A stretch of DNA of 64,000 nt, taken from contig CAUGPT010000004.1 of the NCBI GenBank assembly GCA_959601495.1, positions 23,964 to 87,963 of the forward strand, in the 5' to 3' direction. The notes beneath the pieces are model-generated. The model was not told the origin of the DNA, searched no databases, and was given only the letters and a program-made list of their open reading frames with translations. This document shows positions 9,306-17,063 of this stretch, piece after piece. The DNA comes from an uncultured Eubacteriales bacterium (GTDB taxonomy: Bacteria; Bacillota; Clostridia; Oscillospirales; CAG-272). Numbering within the stretch: the first letter of the stretch is position 1; each line of letters starts with the position of its first letter. A program made the translations under genes and the position numbers.

Positions 9306-9893
9306 TTGCACGATTCGACAAGAGCAGACAGGAAAAAAGTGGCTCAGAACACAAATGAATTGCTTATCGGCATAAAAAACGGCAGACACGAGGATTTCGA
9401 TGTCCTGCGCGGTATGTATTCACCGCTTATAGATTCCATGGCGGCAAGCTTTGAGGCAAGCGGTGCCGGCAGCAGGGCAGAGCTCGAGCAGGAAGCGGAA
9501 AGCGCGTTGCTTCGCGCCGCACTGAGCTATGACGAAGAAAAAAAGGACGTTACATTCGGTCTGTATGCCAAGGTCTGTGTGCGCAACGCGCTTGTGTCGG
9601 TCCGCCGTGCAAAGCTTTCGAGAGAGCGTCGCAGCAGTGCGGCAAACAGGACCGCTGCCCGCCGCTCAGCGAGAAAGCGTATGCCTGTTGATGCGGATGC
9701 GGCGGATGAAATTATTGAGCGCATGAGCACAGAGCTTTCCGCATATGAAAAGTCCGTTTTGCGGGAGTATATCGCAGGCGCCGACATTCGGCAGATAGCG
9801 GAAAAGCTCGGCAAAAGCACAAGAAGTATAAATAACTGCCTGTACCGCGCGCGCCGCAAGCTGAAGCAGGCTGCAGGAAAGGCAAAAAGCTGA
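9306..9893 (+). CDS. Sigma-70 family RNA polymerase sigma factor (SigH-like / group 3-4)
   Basis: Region 2 motif FGLYAKVCVRNALVSVRR. Region 4 HTH: LSAYEKSVLREYIAGADIRQIAEKLGKSTRSINNCLYRARRKL. The true start may be the GTG at ~9340, which is preceded by aggaaaaaa. Confidence 0.75.
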   Translation: MHDSTRADRKKVAQNTNELLIGIKNGRHEDFDVLRGMYSPLIDSMAASFEASGAGSRAELEQEAESALLRAALSYDEEKKDVTFGLYAKVCVRNALVSVRRAKLSRERRSSAANRTAARRSARKRMPVDADAADEIIERMSTELSAYEKSVLREYIAGADIRQIAEKLGKSTRSINNCLYRARRKLKQAAGKAKS

Positions 9894-10034
9894 TTATAAG
9901 GTATCACCGGAGAGATCCGTTTGATATATATATATGCCCGAATAGCTTAAACAGAGCGTTGTTTTTTCAAAGGTAACGGTGCAAATCCGTTTTGGGGCAA
10001 AAAATTCATTCCCAAATTCAGAGAGAGGTAAACC

Positions 10035-10310
10035 ATGTACGAGGACAAGACATTAGTTTGCAAGGACTGCGGAAAGGAATTCGTTTTCACCGCCGGTGAG
10101 CAGGAGTTCTACGCTGAGAAAGGATTCCAGAACGAGCCCCAGAGATGTAAGGCTTGCCGCGATGCACGAAAGAACGCTTCCAGAGCACAGAGAGAGATGT
10201 ACACGACTGTGTGCGCTCAGTGCGGCAAAGAGGCAAAAGTTCCTTTCGAGCCTACAAGCGACAGACCCGTATACTGCAGCGAGTGCTTTGCGGCAATGAA
10301 GCAGCAGTAA
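10035..10310 (+). CDS. Small double zinc-ribbon protein (4x CxxC)
   Basis: 91 aa with CKDCG...CKACRD...CAQCG...CSECF. The family MxxKTLVCKDCGxEFVFTAGEQEFYAEKGFxNEP is widespread. Strong RBS gagagagg upstream. Confidence 0.7.
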   Translation: MYEDKTLVCKDCGKEFVFTAGEQEFYAEKGFQNEPQRCKACRDARKNASRAQREMYTTVCAQCGKEAKVPFEPTSDRPVYCSECFAAMKQQ

Positions 10311-10387
10311 GCCCTGCAAACGGTGTATTATACATAACTGTTTTTCAGAGAGTATAAAAATGCCAACAACGGCGGCTTAATCAGGCA

Positions 10388-10450
10388 GCGCCCCTCTTGC
10401 CGGACGGATGAACATTTCATCCGCCCGGCAAGAGGGGCGCCTGCTTTTTA
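10388..10450 (+). terminator. Very strong rho-independent terminator
   Basis: ~23-bp stem gcgcccctcttgccggacggatg / catccgcccggcaagaggggcgc (one mismatch) with loop aacattt, followed by ctgcttttta. Confidence 0.85.
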
Positions 10451-10899
10451 CCGAATCTCACCGGAAAGGCACTGCAGAAGAACCTTTTTCGGCGGGAGAT
10501 AAGACACGCCGAGCCCTTCGCAGCCATGTGGCGCGGCGGGACGCGGCAGCATGACCGACACGCTTCTTTGCAGCCAGTTTGCTTCAAATCGACGGGAGCC
10601 GGACGGTGATAAGGTCTGCGGCGGGTTGCCGCGGGATAAGGACGGTGCCTGCGATGGGTCGGATATTGACGGCTCAGCTTCGCCCGGGCAATCCGGGAGC
10701 CTTTGCTGCGTTTTATCCGTGCCGACGGTGCGAAAAAATGATCCGCCGCCTGTGCCGCGGTGCGCGGTGCTATGAGCGCGCATACCTTGTTGCAGTCCGT
10801 TTTTGCCGCAGCGGTCGCGCCGCTGCGTGCAGAAAACAACCCTTACTCAATCAGATATTCCCGACTCCGTCAGTATGCGTCGCACGCCGGGGAGTTTTC

Positions 10900-11523
10900 T
10901 TATCTTGTCATATTTCTGCGGCTTCTGTTGCGGTCAAATTCCGGATTCCAGCCGTAGAAATTTCTGCAGTCGCTGTCGTCCTGCGCTATGCGCAGCGCTT
11001 CGCCGAAGCGCTGGAAGTGCACAATCTCCCGCTCACGCAGAAACTTTATGGGATCGCAGATGTCGGGATCGTCAACGAGACGCAGAATGTTGTCATACGT
11101 CACGCGGGCTTTTTGCTCTGCCGCAAGGTCCTCGTGAAGGTCGGCGAAAACGTCGCCCTTGACGCCGAAATAATCGGCGCGGAACGGAACTCCCGCAGCA
11201 GCAATCGGGTATATCCCCGTTGTATGATCCACGAAGTAGGTGTCAAATCCGCTGCGCTTGATCTCGTCAATGCTGAGGTTTTTCGTAAGCTGGTAAACTA
11301 TCGCCGAAACCATCTCAACATGAGCAAGCTCTTCTGTTGCAATGTCGGTAAGAACACCTACGATCTTGTCATTCGGCATGGTGTAGCGCTGACACAGGTA
11401 TCTGAGCGATGCACCCAATTCACCGTCCGGACCTCCGAGCTGACTGACTATGACCTTTGCGGCTGCCGCGTTGGGCGTTTTAATGTTTACGGGGTACTGA
11501 AGCTTCTTTTCGTATTGCCACAT
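10900..11523 (-). CDS. cotJC: Spore coat protein CotJC (manganese catalase family)
   Basis: MWQYEKKLQYPVNI N-terminus and Mn-catalase ferritin-like motifs (EELAHVEMV, ..HF). 207 aa. Confidence 0.85.
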   Translation of the reverse strand: MWQYEKKLQYPVNIKTPNAAAAKVIVSQLGGPDGELGASLRYLCQRYTMPNDKIVGVLTDIATEELAHVEMVSAIVYQLTKNLSIDEIKRSGFDTYFVDHTTGIYPIAAAGVPFRADYFGVKGDVFADLHEDLAAEQKARVTYDNILRLVDDPDICDPIKFLREREIVHFQRFGEALRIAQDDSDCRNFYGWNPEFDRNRSRRNMTR

Positions 11524-11535
11524 ATTCTTTCTCCT

Positions 11536-11817
11536 TTATCTCGCACGCCCGGAGCACGTACATTCGTTCTGCCAGGGCCACGGGCCGTCTGTCCAGCTCC
11601 AGGAGCCGTCTGCGGGATCGGCGAAAGCTGTCATGGGACCGTATTTGTTCTCATATTCTTTTACAAGAGCGCACAGCTCGTTTCTCCGCATACGGAAAAA
11701 CTCAAGGGCATCTCTGTCCGTCGGATGGGTGTCCAGAAACAATGCTGCCTCGTGTACGCAAAGTCCTACTGCGCTTATTCTGTTTATAAGCGCATTTCTT
11801 GTTCTGTCGGCGGTCAT
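11536..11817 (-). CDS. cotJB: Spore coat protein CotJB
   Basis: Conserved CotJB core NALINRISAVGLCVHEAALFLDTHPTD...EFF. Start MTADRTRN has its ATG overlapping the cotJA stop (ATGA translational coupling). Confidence 0.8.
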   Translation of the reverse strand: MTADRTRNALINRISAVGLCVHEAALFLDTHPTDRDALEFFRMRRNELCALVKEYENKYGPMTAFADPADGSWSWTDGPWPWQNECTCSGRAR

Positions 11818-12362
11818 ATGCTGCGCCTCCTTTGACATCCTTCGTTATTGCAGGGGGTGGGGTAGAACGGCAAAACCAGCTCGCCGAACAGTGTACCGTT
11901 TGCGAGAGCGTCCTCGCAGTCCAGGATGTCTCTCCACTGCTGCATCGGCACATACGCCATGGCAAGGCTCGGGGCGGGTATGCGTCTGTCGGGGCAGCCG
12001 TCACCGGCGTTTCTGCCGCTGCCGCTGCGTATTTGCGCGGTACGGGAGGTCTCACCGCAGCCGCATCCGCAGCCGCAGCCGGAGGTACGCGTCTGAGCTG
12101 TGCGGGCGGCATTTGCGCATCCGCAGCCGGAGGTACGAGTCTGAGCTGTGCGGGCGGCATTTGCGCATCCGCAGCCTGTGGTACGGGTCTCGGCAGTACG
12201 TGCGGCATTTGCGCATCCGCAGCCGGTGGTACGGGTCTGGGCGGTACGTGCGGTATTTCCGCATCCGCAGCCGGAGGTGCGCATCTCGGTGCCGTATTCA
12301 GAGAAAAACAGCTCGGCGGAGATTCTGTCTCTCGGCGTGCTGTTCTCATCGCAGTAATTCAT
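11814..12362 (-). CDS. cotJA: CotJA-family spore coat-associated protein with an N-terminal Gly/Cys-rich repeat extension
   Basis: C-terminal CotJA motif LAMAYVPMQQW...ALANGTLFGELVLPF. The N-terminus carries ~4.5 copies of RTSGCGCANAARTAQT. RBS aaaggaaatataaaag upstream. Confidence 0.75.
   Translation of the reverse strand: MNYCDENSTPRDRISAELFFSEYGTEMRTSGCGCGNTARTAQTRTTGCGCANAARTAETRTTGCGCANAARTAQTRTSGCGCANAARTAQTRTSGCGCGCGCGETSRTAQIRSGSGRNAGDGCPDRRIPAPSLAMAYVPMQQWRDILDCEDALANGTLFGELVLPFYPTPCNNEGCQRRRSI
12024..12283. repeat. 48-bp coding tandem repeat inside cotJA (~5 copies)
   Basis: Exact repeats such as gcagccggaggtacgcgtctgagctgtgcgggcggcatttgcgcatcc at 12073-12120 and 12121-12168. Confidence 0.85.
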
Positions 12363-12468
12363 CTTTTATATTTCCTTTCTTTACTTTTATCATTCGGGAG
12401 CGCCGCGGCGCTCATTACAGTATATGAACTCTCGCTGCCGCGTGCAAACGGCACGGCTGTGCTGTATA

Positions 12469-12497
12469 TTGACAAATTTGTCGTATTGTGATATAAT
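12469..12497 (+). promoter_or_regulatory. Consensus sigma-A promoter for the zinc-ribbon repeat protein gene
   Basis: TTGACA (12469-12474), a 17-nt spacer, then TGaTATAAT (12489-12497). Confidence 0.7.
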
Positions 12498-12553
12498 CTG
12501 ATAAATTATAAGTCGGTTACGAAAAAACTATATTAAATTAAGGAGAACAGAAA

Positions 12554-15052
12554 ATGTATTGTGCCAAATGCGGTCGGGAGATCGACAGTAACGCAGCATT
12601 TTGTCCCTATTGCGGTGAAAAGACAGGGTGTGCCCCCGCAGAGAAGAACAACGATGTAAAGACCGAGAACGCGAAGGAAAATACGGTAGGAATAACTGCA
12701 GCGCCCGAGACTCCCGCAGCGGAAACATACGCGGCACCCGTAGCGCCCGAGGTTCCCGCAACAGAAACATACGCAGCGCCTGCAGCGCCCGAGACTCCCG
12801 CAGCGGAAACATACGCGGCACCCGTAGCGCCCGAGGCTCCTGCAGCGGAAACATACGCGGCACCTGCAGCGCCCGAGGCTCCCGCAGCGGATACATACGC
12901 CGCACCCGCAGCACCCGAGGCTCCGGCAGCGGAAACATATGCCGCACCCGCGGCACACGAGGCTCCGGCAGCGGATACATACACCGCACCCGCAGCACCC
13001 GAGGCTCCGGCAGCGGATACATACACCGCACCCGCAGCACCCGAGGCTCCGGCAGCGGATACATACACCGCACCCGCGGCACCCGCGGCTCCGGCAGCGG
13101 ATACATACGCCGCACCCACGGCGGGCGCATATGCAGCGCCCGAACAGGGCTATTATCAGCCTGCACCCGCGCCGACAGCTCCCGAAACACCCAAGAAGAA
13201 AATGAAGCTGTGGCTGAAGCTGCTTTTGTTTATCGGCATTCCCGTAGTTGTAATCGCCGCGCTTATTGCAATAAACTTCAACGCGCTTAAAGGGCTGTTC
13301 GTAAAGAATTTCATGTCCGCCGACGCGTATATCGCAACGGTCGAGGGAGATTCTCTCAAGGAATATTACGATGCCGTAACAAATATTTACGCCAAAGGCG
13401 TGGGCACAGTCGTCAGCAGCACCTCCGATGGCTCCGCATCCGCCGAACTGAATTTCAGCCTTTCCGACAGCTTTGCCGAGATGCTCGGCGATTCGGCATA
13501 CACCGACCTTTCGTGGCTGTCCGACATAACCGTAAAAACGGCTTCATCCTCCGAAAACGGCGTAACTGCCACGGATGTGGACATATTGCTCGGAGAGAGC
13601 AAGATTACGTCGTTTACGCAGACGATCGACACAGAAAGCGGCAAAACGTATCTGTCCGTTCCCGATCTGTCGTCGCAGGTAATCGCAGTTGACGACGCTG
13701 CTGTCGATAACGAGTATTCCGTTTCCGATATAATTGAGTTTGTTTCAGAGCTCCCCGAGGCGGAGCGGCTGAATGCGCTCCTCGCAAAGTATGTTGAAAT
13801 CGTTCTCAGAAATATCGAGGGCACTCAGATGGCCGACGGCACCATCGCTGCGGGCGGCATTGATCAGCAGTGCACCGAGCTGCGCCTTGAGTTTGACAAA
13901 GCGCTTCTGCAAAAGATATTCACGGCTGTTATTGAAGAGATGAAGAATGACGGCGAGCTCAAAGATATAATCATTTCGCTGGAGGACAGCGGCAACGAGC
14001 TTTTCGGTACAGACGACGTCAGCGGTGAAGAGGTATACGACAATTTCCTGTCCGCCCTTGACGATCTGCTTGACAATGTGAATAGCATTGACGGATCCGA
14101 GCTCGGAGACAAGGTGTTCACGCTTACGGACTACGTGGATTCTCACAATAAGATAATCGGCAGAAAGATCGAAACAGCCGAGGACGGCCGCACGTATTTT
14201 ATCGGAAAAGCCACGGCAAACGGCAAAACGGGCATTGAGCTCGACCTTGACGGCGAAATAACCGTAAAGGGCACCGGAAATGAAAAGGGAAGCCTTATAA
14301 ACGGAGATTATGTTCTGTTCGTGCAGGGCAGCGAGATCCTCAATTTCAGACTTGAGGACTTTGATACCGACTCGCTGAAGAACGGCATGATAAACGGCGA
14401 CATCACGCTTGAACTCGGACGTGTAGTCGACGGTATGTTCTATTACGGCTCCGAAGATAACGCCCTCGCGATGCTCAGACAGTTTGCGTATAAGATCTCC
14501 GCCCGTACGGATAACGATTCATACAGTCTTTCTCTCAGCGCTCTCAGCGGAGATGAAGAAGCTATCGCCCTGTCCGTTTCCGGCGGCACGAAAAAAGGCT
14601 CCGGAAAAGCGGTCATTCCCGACGCGGATATAGAATGCGAGCACGGCGACGGCAATGCTATAGACGCGTGGATCGACGGCATGGACTTCGACTCTCTTGA
14701 GAAAAAACTTGAGGATGCGGGAGTGCCTTCGCAGTTCGCGCCATATCTGAGATACTACCTGACGGATGCAATGTATTCTCTTGCCGGAGTTGTGGAGATC
14801 TACGATGACGGGAATGACGGAGATTGGTATTATGACGATCGGAACGATTACGATTGGAACGACGACTGGTATGACGACAATGAAGATTGGTACAATGACG
14901 ATAATGACGATTGGTACAATGACGACTGGTATGACGACAATGATGATTGGTACAATGACGACTGGTACAATGATGACAATGACGACTGGTACGACGATTG
15001 GTTCGGCGACGACAGTTCGGACGGCATCGGCTCGGGCAACACGCACATCTGA
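12554..15052 (+). CDS. Zinc-ribbon domain single-pass membrane protein with repeat-rich linker, large extracytoplasmic domain and acidic Trp/Tyr-rich C-terminal tail
   Basis: N-terminus MYCAKCGREIDSNAAFCPYCG (zinc ribbon). Then ~10 copies of ETYAAPAAPEAPAA. Then a TM helix LWLKLLLFIGIPVVVIAALIAI. Then a ~520-aa domain. Then (DDWYND)n. RBS aaggagaacagaaa upstream. Confidence 0.8.
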   Translation: MYCAKCGREIDSNAAFCPYCGEKTGCAPAEKNNDVKTENAKENTVGITAAPETPAAETYAAPVAPEVPATETYAAPAAPETPAAETYAAPVAPEAPAAETYAAPAAPEAPAADTYAAPAAPEAPAAETYAAPAAHEAPAADTYTAPAAPEAPAADTYTAPAAPEAPAADTYTAPAAPAAPAADTYAAPTAGAYAAPEQGYYQPAPAPTAPETPKKKMKLWLKLLLFIGIPVVVIAALIAINFNALKGLFVKNFMSADAYIATVEGDSLKEYYDAVTNIYAKGVGTVVSSTSDGSASAELNFSLSDSFAEMLGDSAYTDLSWLSDITVKTASSSENGVTATDVDILLGESKITSFTQTIDTESGKTYLSVPDLSSQVIAVDDAAVDNEYSVSDIIEFVSELPEAERLNALLAKYVEIVLRNIEGTQMADGTIAAGGIDQQCTELRLEFDKALLQKIFTAVIEEMKNDGELKDIIISLEDSGNELFGTDDVSGEEVYDNFLSALDDLLDNVNSIDGSELGDKVFTLTDYVDSHNKIIGRKIETAEDGRTYFIGKATANGKTGIELDLDGEITVKGTGNEKGSLINGDYVLFVQGSEILNFRLEDFDTDSLKNGMINGDITLELGRVVDGMFYYGSEDNALAMLRQFAYKISARTDNDSYSLSLSALSGDEEAIALSVSGGTKKGSGKAVIPDADIECEHGDGNAIDAWIDGMDFDSLEKKLEDAGVPSQFAPYLRYYLTDAMYSLAGVVEIYDDGNDGDWYYDDRNDYDWNDDWYDDNEDWYNDDNDDWYNDDWYDDNDDWYNDDWYNDDNDDWYDDWFGDDSSDGIGSGNTHI
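12668..13124. repeat. 42-bp coding tandem repeat (~10 copies; 14-aa unit ETYAAPAAPEAPAA)
   Basis: Visible periodicity of gaaacatacgcggcacc(c/t)g(t/c)agcgcccgag... between the zinc ribbon and the TM helix. Confidence 0.85.
14807..15020. repeat. Short coding repeats (gac gac tgg tac aat)n giving a DDWYNDDNDDWY tail
   Basis: The protein C-terminus reads DWYYDDRNDYDWNDDWYDDNEDWYNDDNDDWYNDDWYDDNDDWYNDDWYNDDNDDWYDDWF. Confidence 0.8.
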
Positions 15053-15075
15053 TAAAACAAACCGACAATAAAACG

Positions 15076-15103
15076 CAAATGAGCCGATATATATCGGCTC
15101 ATT
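15076..15103 (+). terminator. Hairpin downstream of the zinc-ribbon protein gene (weak terminator)
   Basis: aaatgagccgatatatatcggctcattt followed by a poor T-run (gtatat). Confidence 0.5.
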
Positions 15104-15122
15104 TGTATATGCGGAGAAGGCT

Positions 15123-15800
15123 ATGACGGCAGAAGTAAGAGAAATAAGCAAGAAATACAAAGATAAAACCGTGCTTGACAAAGTTTCATTTGAGGCGCGC
15201 TCGGGAGAGTTTGTCGGCATTATCGGCGCAAACGGCTGCGGAAAGTCAACGCTTTTGTCGGTTCTTGCAGGTGTTGCGGAGCGCGGCGGCGGAGACTTTC
15301 TCATAGACTCGGTATCGCTTTTCAGTAAAGGCGGAGCGCGGCTGCGGAGCGCTGTCGGCTATGTGCCGCAGGGAGATCCGCTGCTCGAAGAGCTCAGCGC
15401 AAAGGATAATCTCAGAATGTGGTATTCGGAGAAAGAAATCAAAAGTGCTGCCGCTCCCGGGGGCGTTCTGTCCATGCTCGGCATAGACGCTTTTATGAAT
15501 AAGCGCGTATCCCGTATGTCGGGCGGTATGAAACGCCGCCTGACCATTGCCTGCGCGGTCGCGGGAGACCCGAAGGTGCTGCTTCTGGACGAGCCGACGG
15601 CGTCTCTCGACGCCGAATGCCGCAGCAGTATATACGCGTATTTCGACAGTCTGAAAAAACGGGGCTGCATACTTATAGTCGCGACCCACAGCATTGCCGA
15701 GATCGGTCGGTGCGACAGGGTGTATCTGCTGAAAGACGGCACTGCCGCACCGTACAGCAGAACGCCGGAAAGTCTTACCGAGCTTGCGGAGGATCTTTGA
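15123..15800 (+). CDS. ABC transporter ATP-binding protein
   Basis: Walker A GANGCGKST, signature LSGGMKRRL, Walker B LLLDEPT. 225 aa. Confidence 0.9.
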   Translation: MTAEVREISKKYKDKTVLDKVSFEARSGEFVGIIGANGCGKSTLLSVLAGVAERGGGDFLIDSVSLFSKGGARLRSAVGYVPQGDPLLEELSAKDNLRMWYSEKEIKSAAAPGGVLSMLGIDAFMNKRVSRMSGGMKRRLTIACAVAGDPKVLLLDEPTASLDAECRSSIYAYFDSLKKRGCILIVATHSIAEIGRCDRVYLLKDGTAAPYSRTPESLTELAEDL

Positions 15801-15801
15801 T

Positions 15802-17058
15802 TTGAAAAGATACGGTATGTACTTTTTGATGCAGCTGAGACGCGCGGCAAAAATACTTCCCGCCGTTCTGTGCGTCAATCTGGTGCTTTGCGCGCTGGCG
15901 GGGGCTGCCATCGGCACACTGTCAGGCAGAAATACCGCGGATGACGCAAAAAAGCGGCTGCGCATCGGAATATCGGGGGACGCGGGGGACACATATCTCG
16001 GCTTCGGCATAAACGCGGTTTCAAAACTCGACTCCTCGCGATATTATGTGGAGTTCGTGCAGCTTGACATAGAGGAGGCCGCGTCGGAGCTTGACGCTGG
16101 CAGGCTGAGCGCGTATGTCGTGATACCGGACGGATTCGTTGACGCCGTGTCGCACGGCGAGATCATGACCGTAAAATACGTAACGTCCCCGTCCGAGAGC
16201 GGGATCGCCGCTATGCTGCGTGAGGAAATTCTCGACGCGGTGACTGTAATGCTGCGCGAATCTCAGCTGGGGGTATACGGCGCGGCGGACGTCCTGCGTG
16301 ACACCGAGCCTGAGAGAAGTTTGGGAGAGGTATACGACAAAGCCTTTGTCGAGTACGCCGACTACATACTCAGCCGAGGAAAAATATGCGCCGTTGAGAC
16401 GGTCGGCAGTGCCGTGTCGGTGTCTCTTCCGAAGTATATGATATGCGCTCTTGCGCTGTTTTCCGTCTGCCTTGTTTCAATGGCGGCTTCGCCGCTTTTT
16501 GCGAAGGACAAAACGGATATAAGCGCGTTTCTCATGTCAAAATGGCACGGTGCAGCGCCCATGGTTTTGCCGGAGGCGCTTGCATATACGCTGCTTATCG
16601 CTGCGGTGTCCGCAGTGACATTCGGTGCGGCAGCTGCGGCATTTACCGCCGTGCCGCAAAAGCTCGGCATAAGCCTCGGCATCGAAGCGGCGGAAATTTT
16701 CAGCTTTGCGGCGCGCCTTCCCTTGTGCATTGCCTCTTTTGCGTTTTGCCAGTTTCTTATATATGAAGTCTCCGACGGCATCTCCGGCGGAGTTGCGGCT
16801 CAGTTTTTCTGCGCTGCCGCAGGTGCGTATTTCGGCGGGCTCATATATCCCATAAGCTTTTTTCCGGACGCGATGCAAAGCCTTTCTCATTATATCCCCA
16901 CGGGAGCTGCAAGAGAGTTTCTTTTGCACGGCACTGCGGGAGGGATGCGCCCCGTGTTTGTTATTCTGATATGGGGACTTTCGGCGCTTTGCGTATCCGT
17001 TTTGCTGCGCCGCCGCAGAATACGCCTCGGCGGAACGCTTTGGAGACGGGGGCGGTGA
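15802..17058 (+). CDS. ABC-2 type transporter permease (N-terminal TM, extracytoplasmic domain, C-terminal TM bundle)
   Basis: Topology from hydrophobic segments. The TTG at 15802 sits 9 nt after GGAGG, overlapping the ATPase stop. Alternative starts are 15784 and 15817. Confidence 0.7.
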   Translation: MKRYGMYFLMQLRRAAKILPAVLCVNLVLCALAGAAIGTLSGRNTADDAKKRLRIGISGDAGDTYLGFGINAVSKLDSSRYYVEFVQLDIEEAASELDAGRLSAYVVIPDGFVDAVSHGEIMTVKYVTSPSESGIAAMLREEILDAVTVMLRESQLGVYGAADVLRDTEPERSLGEVYDKAFVEYADYILSRGKICAVETVGSAVSVSLPKYMICALALFSVCLVSMAASPLFAKDKTDISAFLMSKWHGAAPMVLPEALAYTLLIAAVSAVTFGAAAAAFTAVPQKLGISLGIEAAEIFSFAARLPLCIASFAFCQFLIYEVSDGISGGVAAQFFCAAAGAYFGGLIYPISFFPDAMQSLSHYIPTGAAREFLLHGTAGGMRPVFVILIWGLSALCVSVLLRRRRIRLGGTLWRRGR

Positions 17059-17063
17059 AGGGT

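Noticed and set aside
10579-11835. 418-aa plus-strand ORF spanning cotJC/cotJB
   Set aside because: Antisense to two well-supported sporulation genes. Arg/Cys-rich nonsense-like composition and no RBS.
11633-12491. Several overlapping Arg/Ser/Cys-rich ORFs on both strands (264, 230, 215 aa)
   Set aside because: All are alternative frames of the cotJA 48-bp repeat region. Only the frame ending in the CotJA LAMAYVPMQQW core has an RBS and a conserved domain.
12528-13290. ORFs in alternative frames and on the minus strand across the 42-bp repeat array (220, 170, 141 aa)
   Set aside because: Produced by the periodicity of the tandem repeats. The plus-strand frame starting with the zinc ribbon is the only one with start context and downstream continuity.
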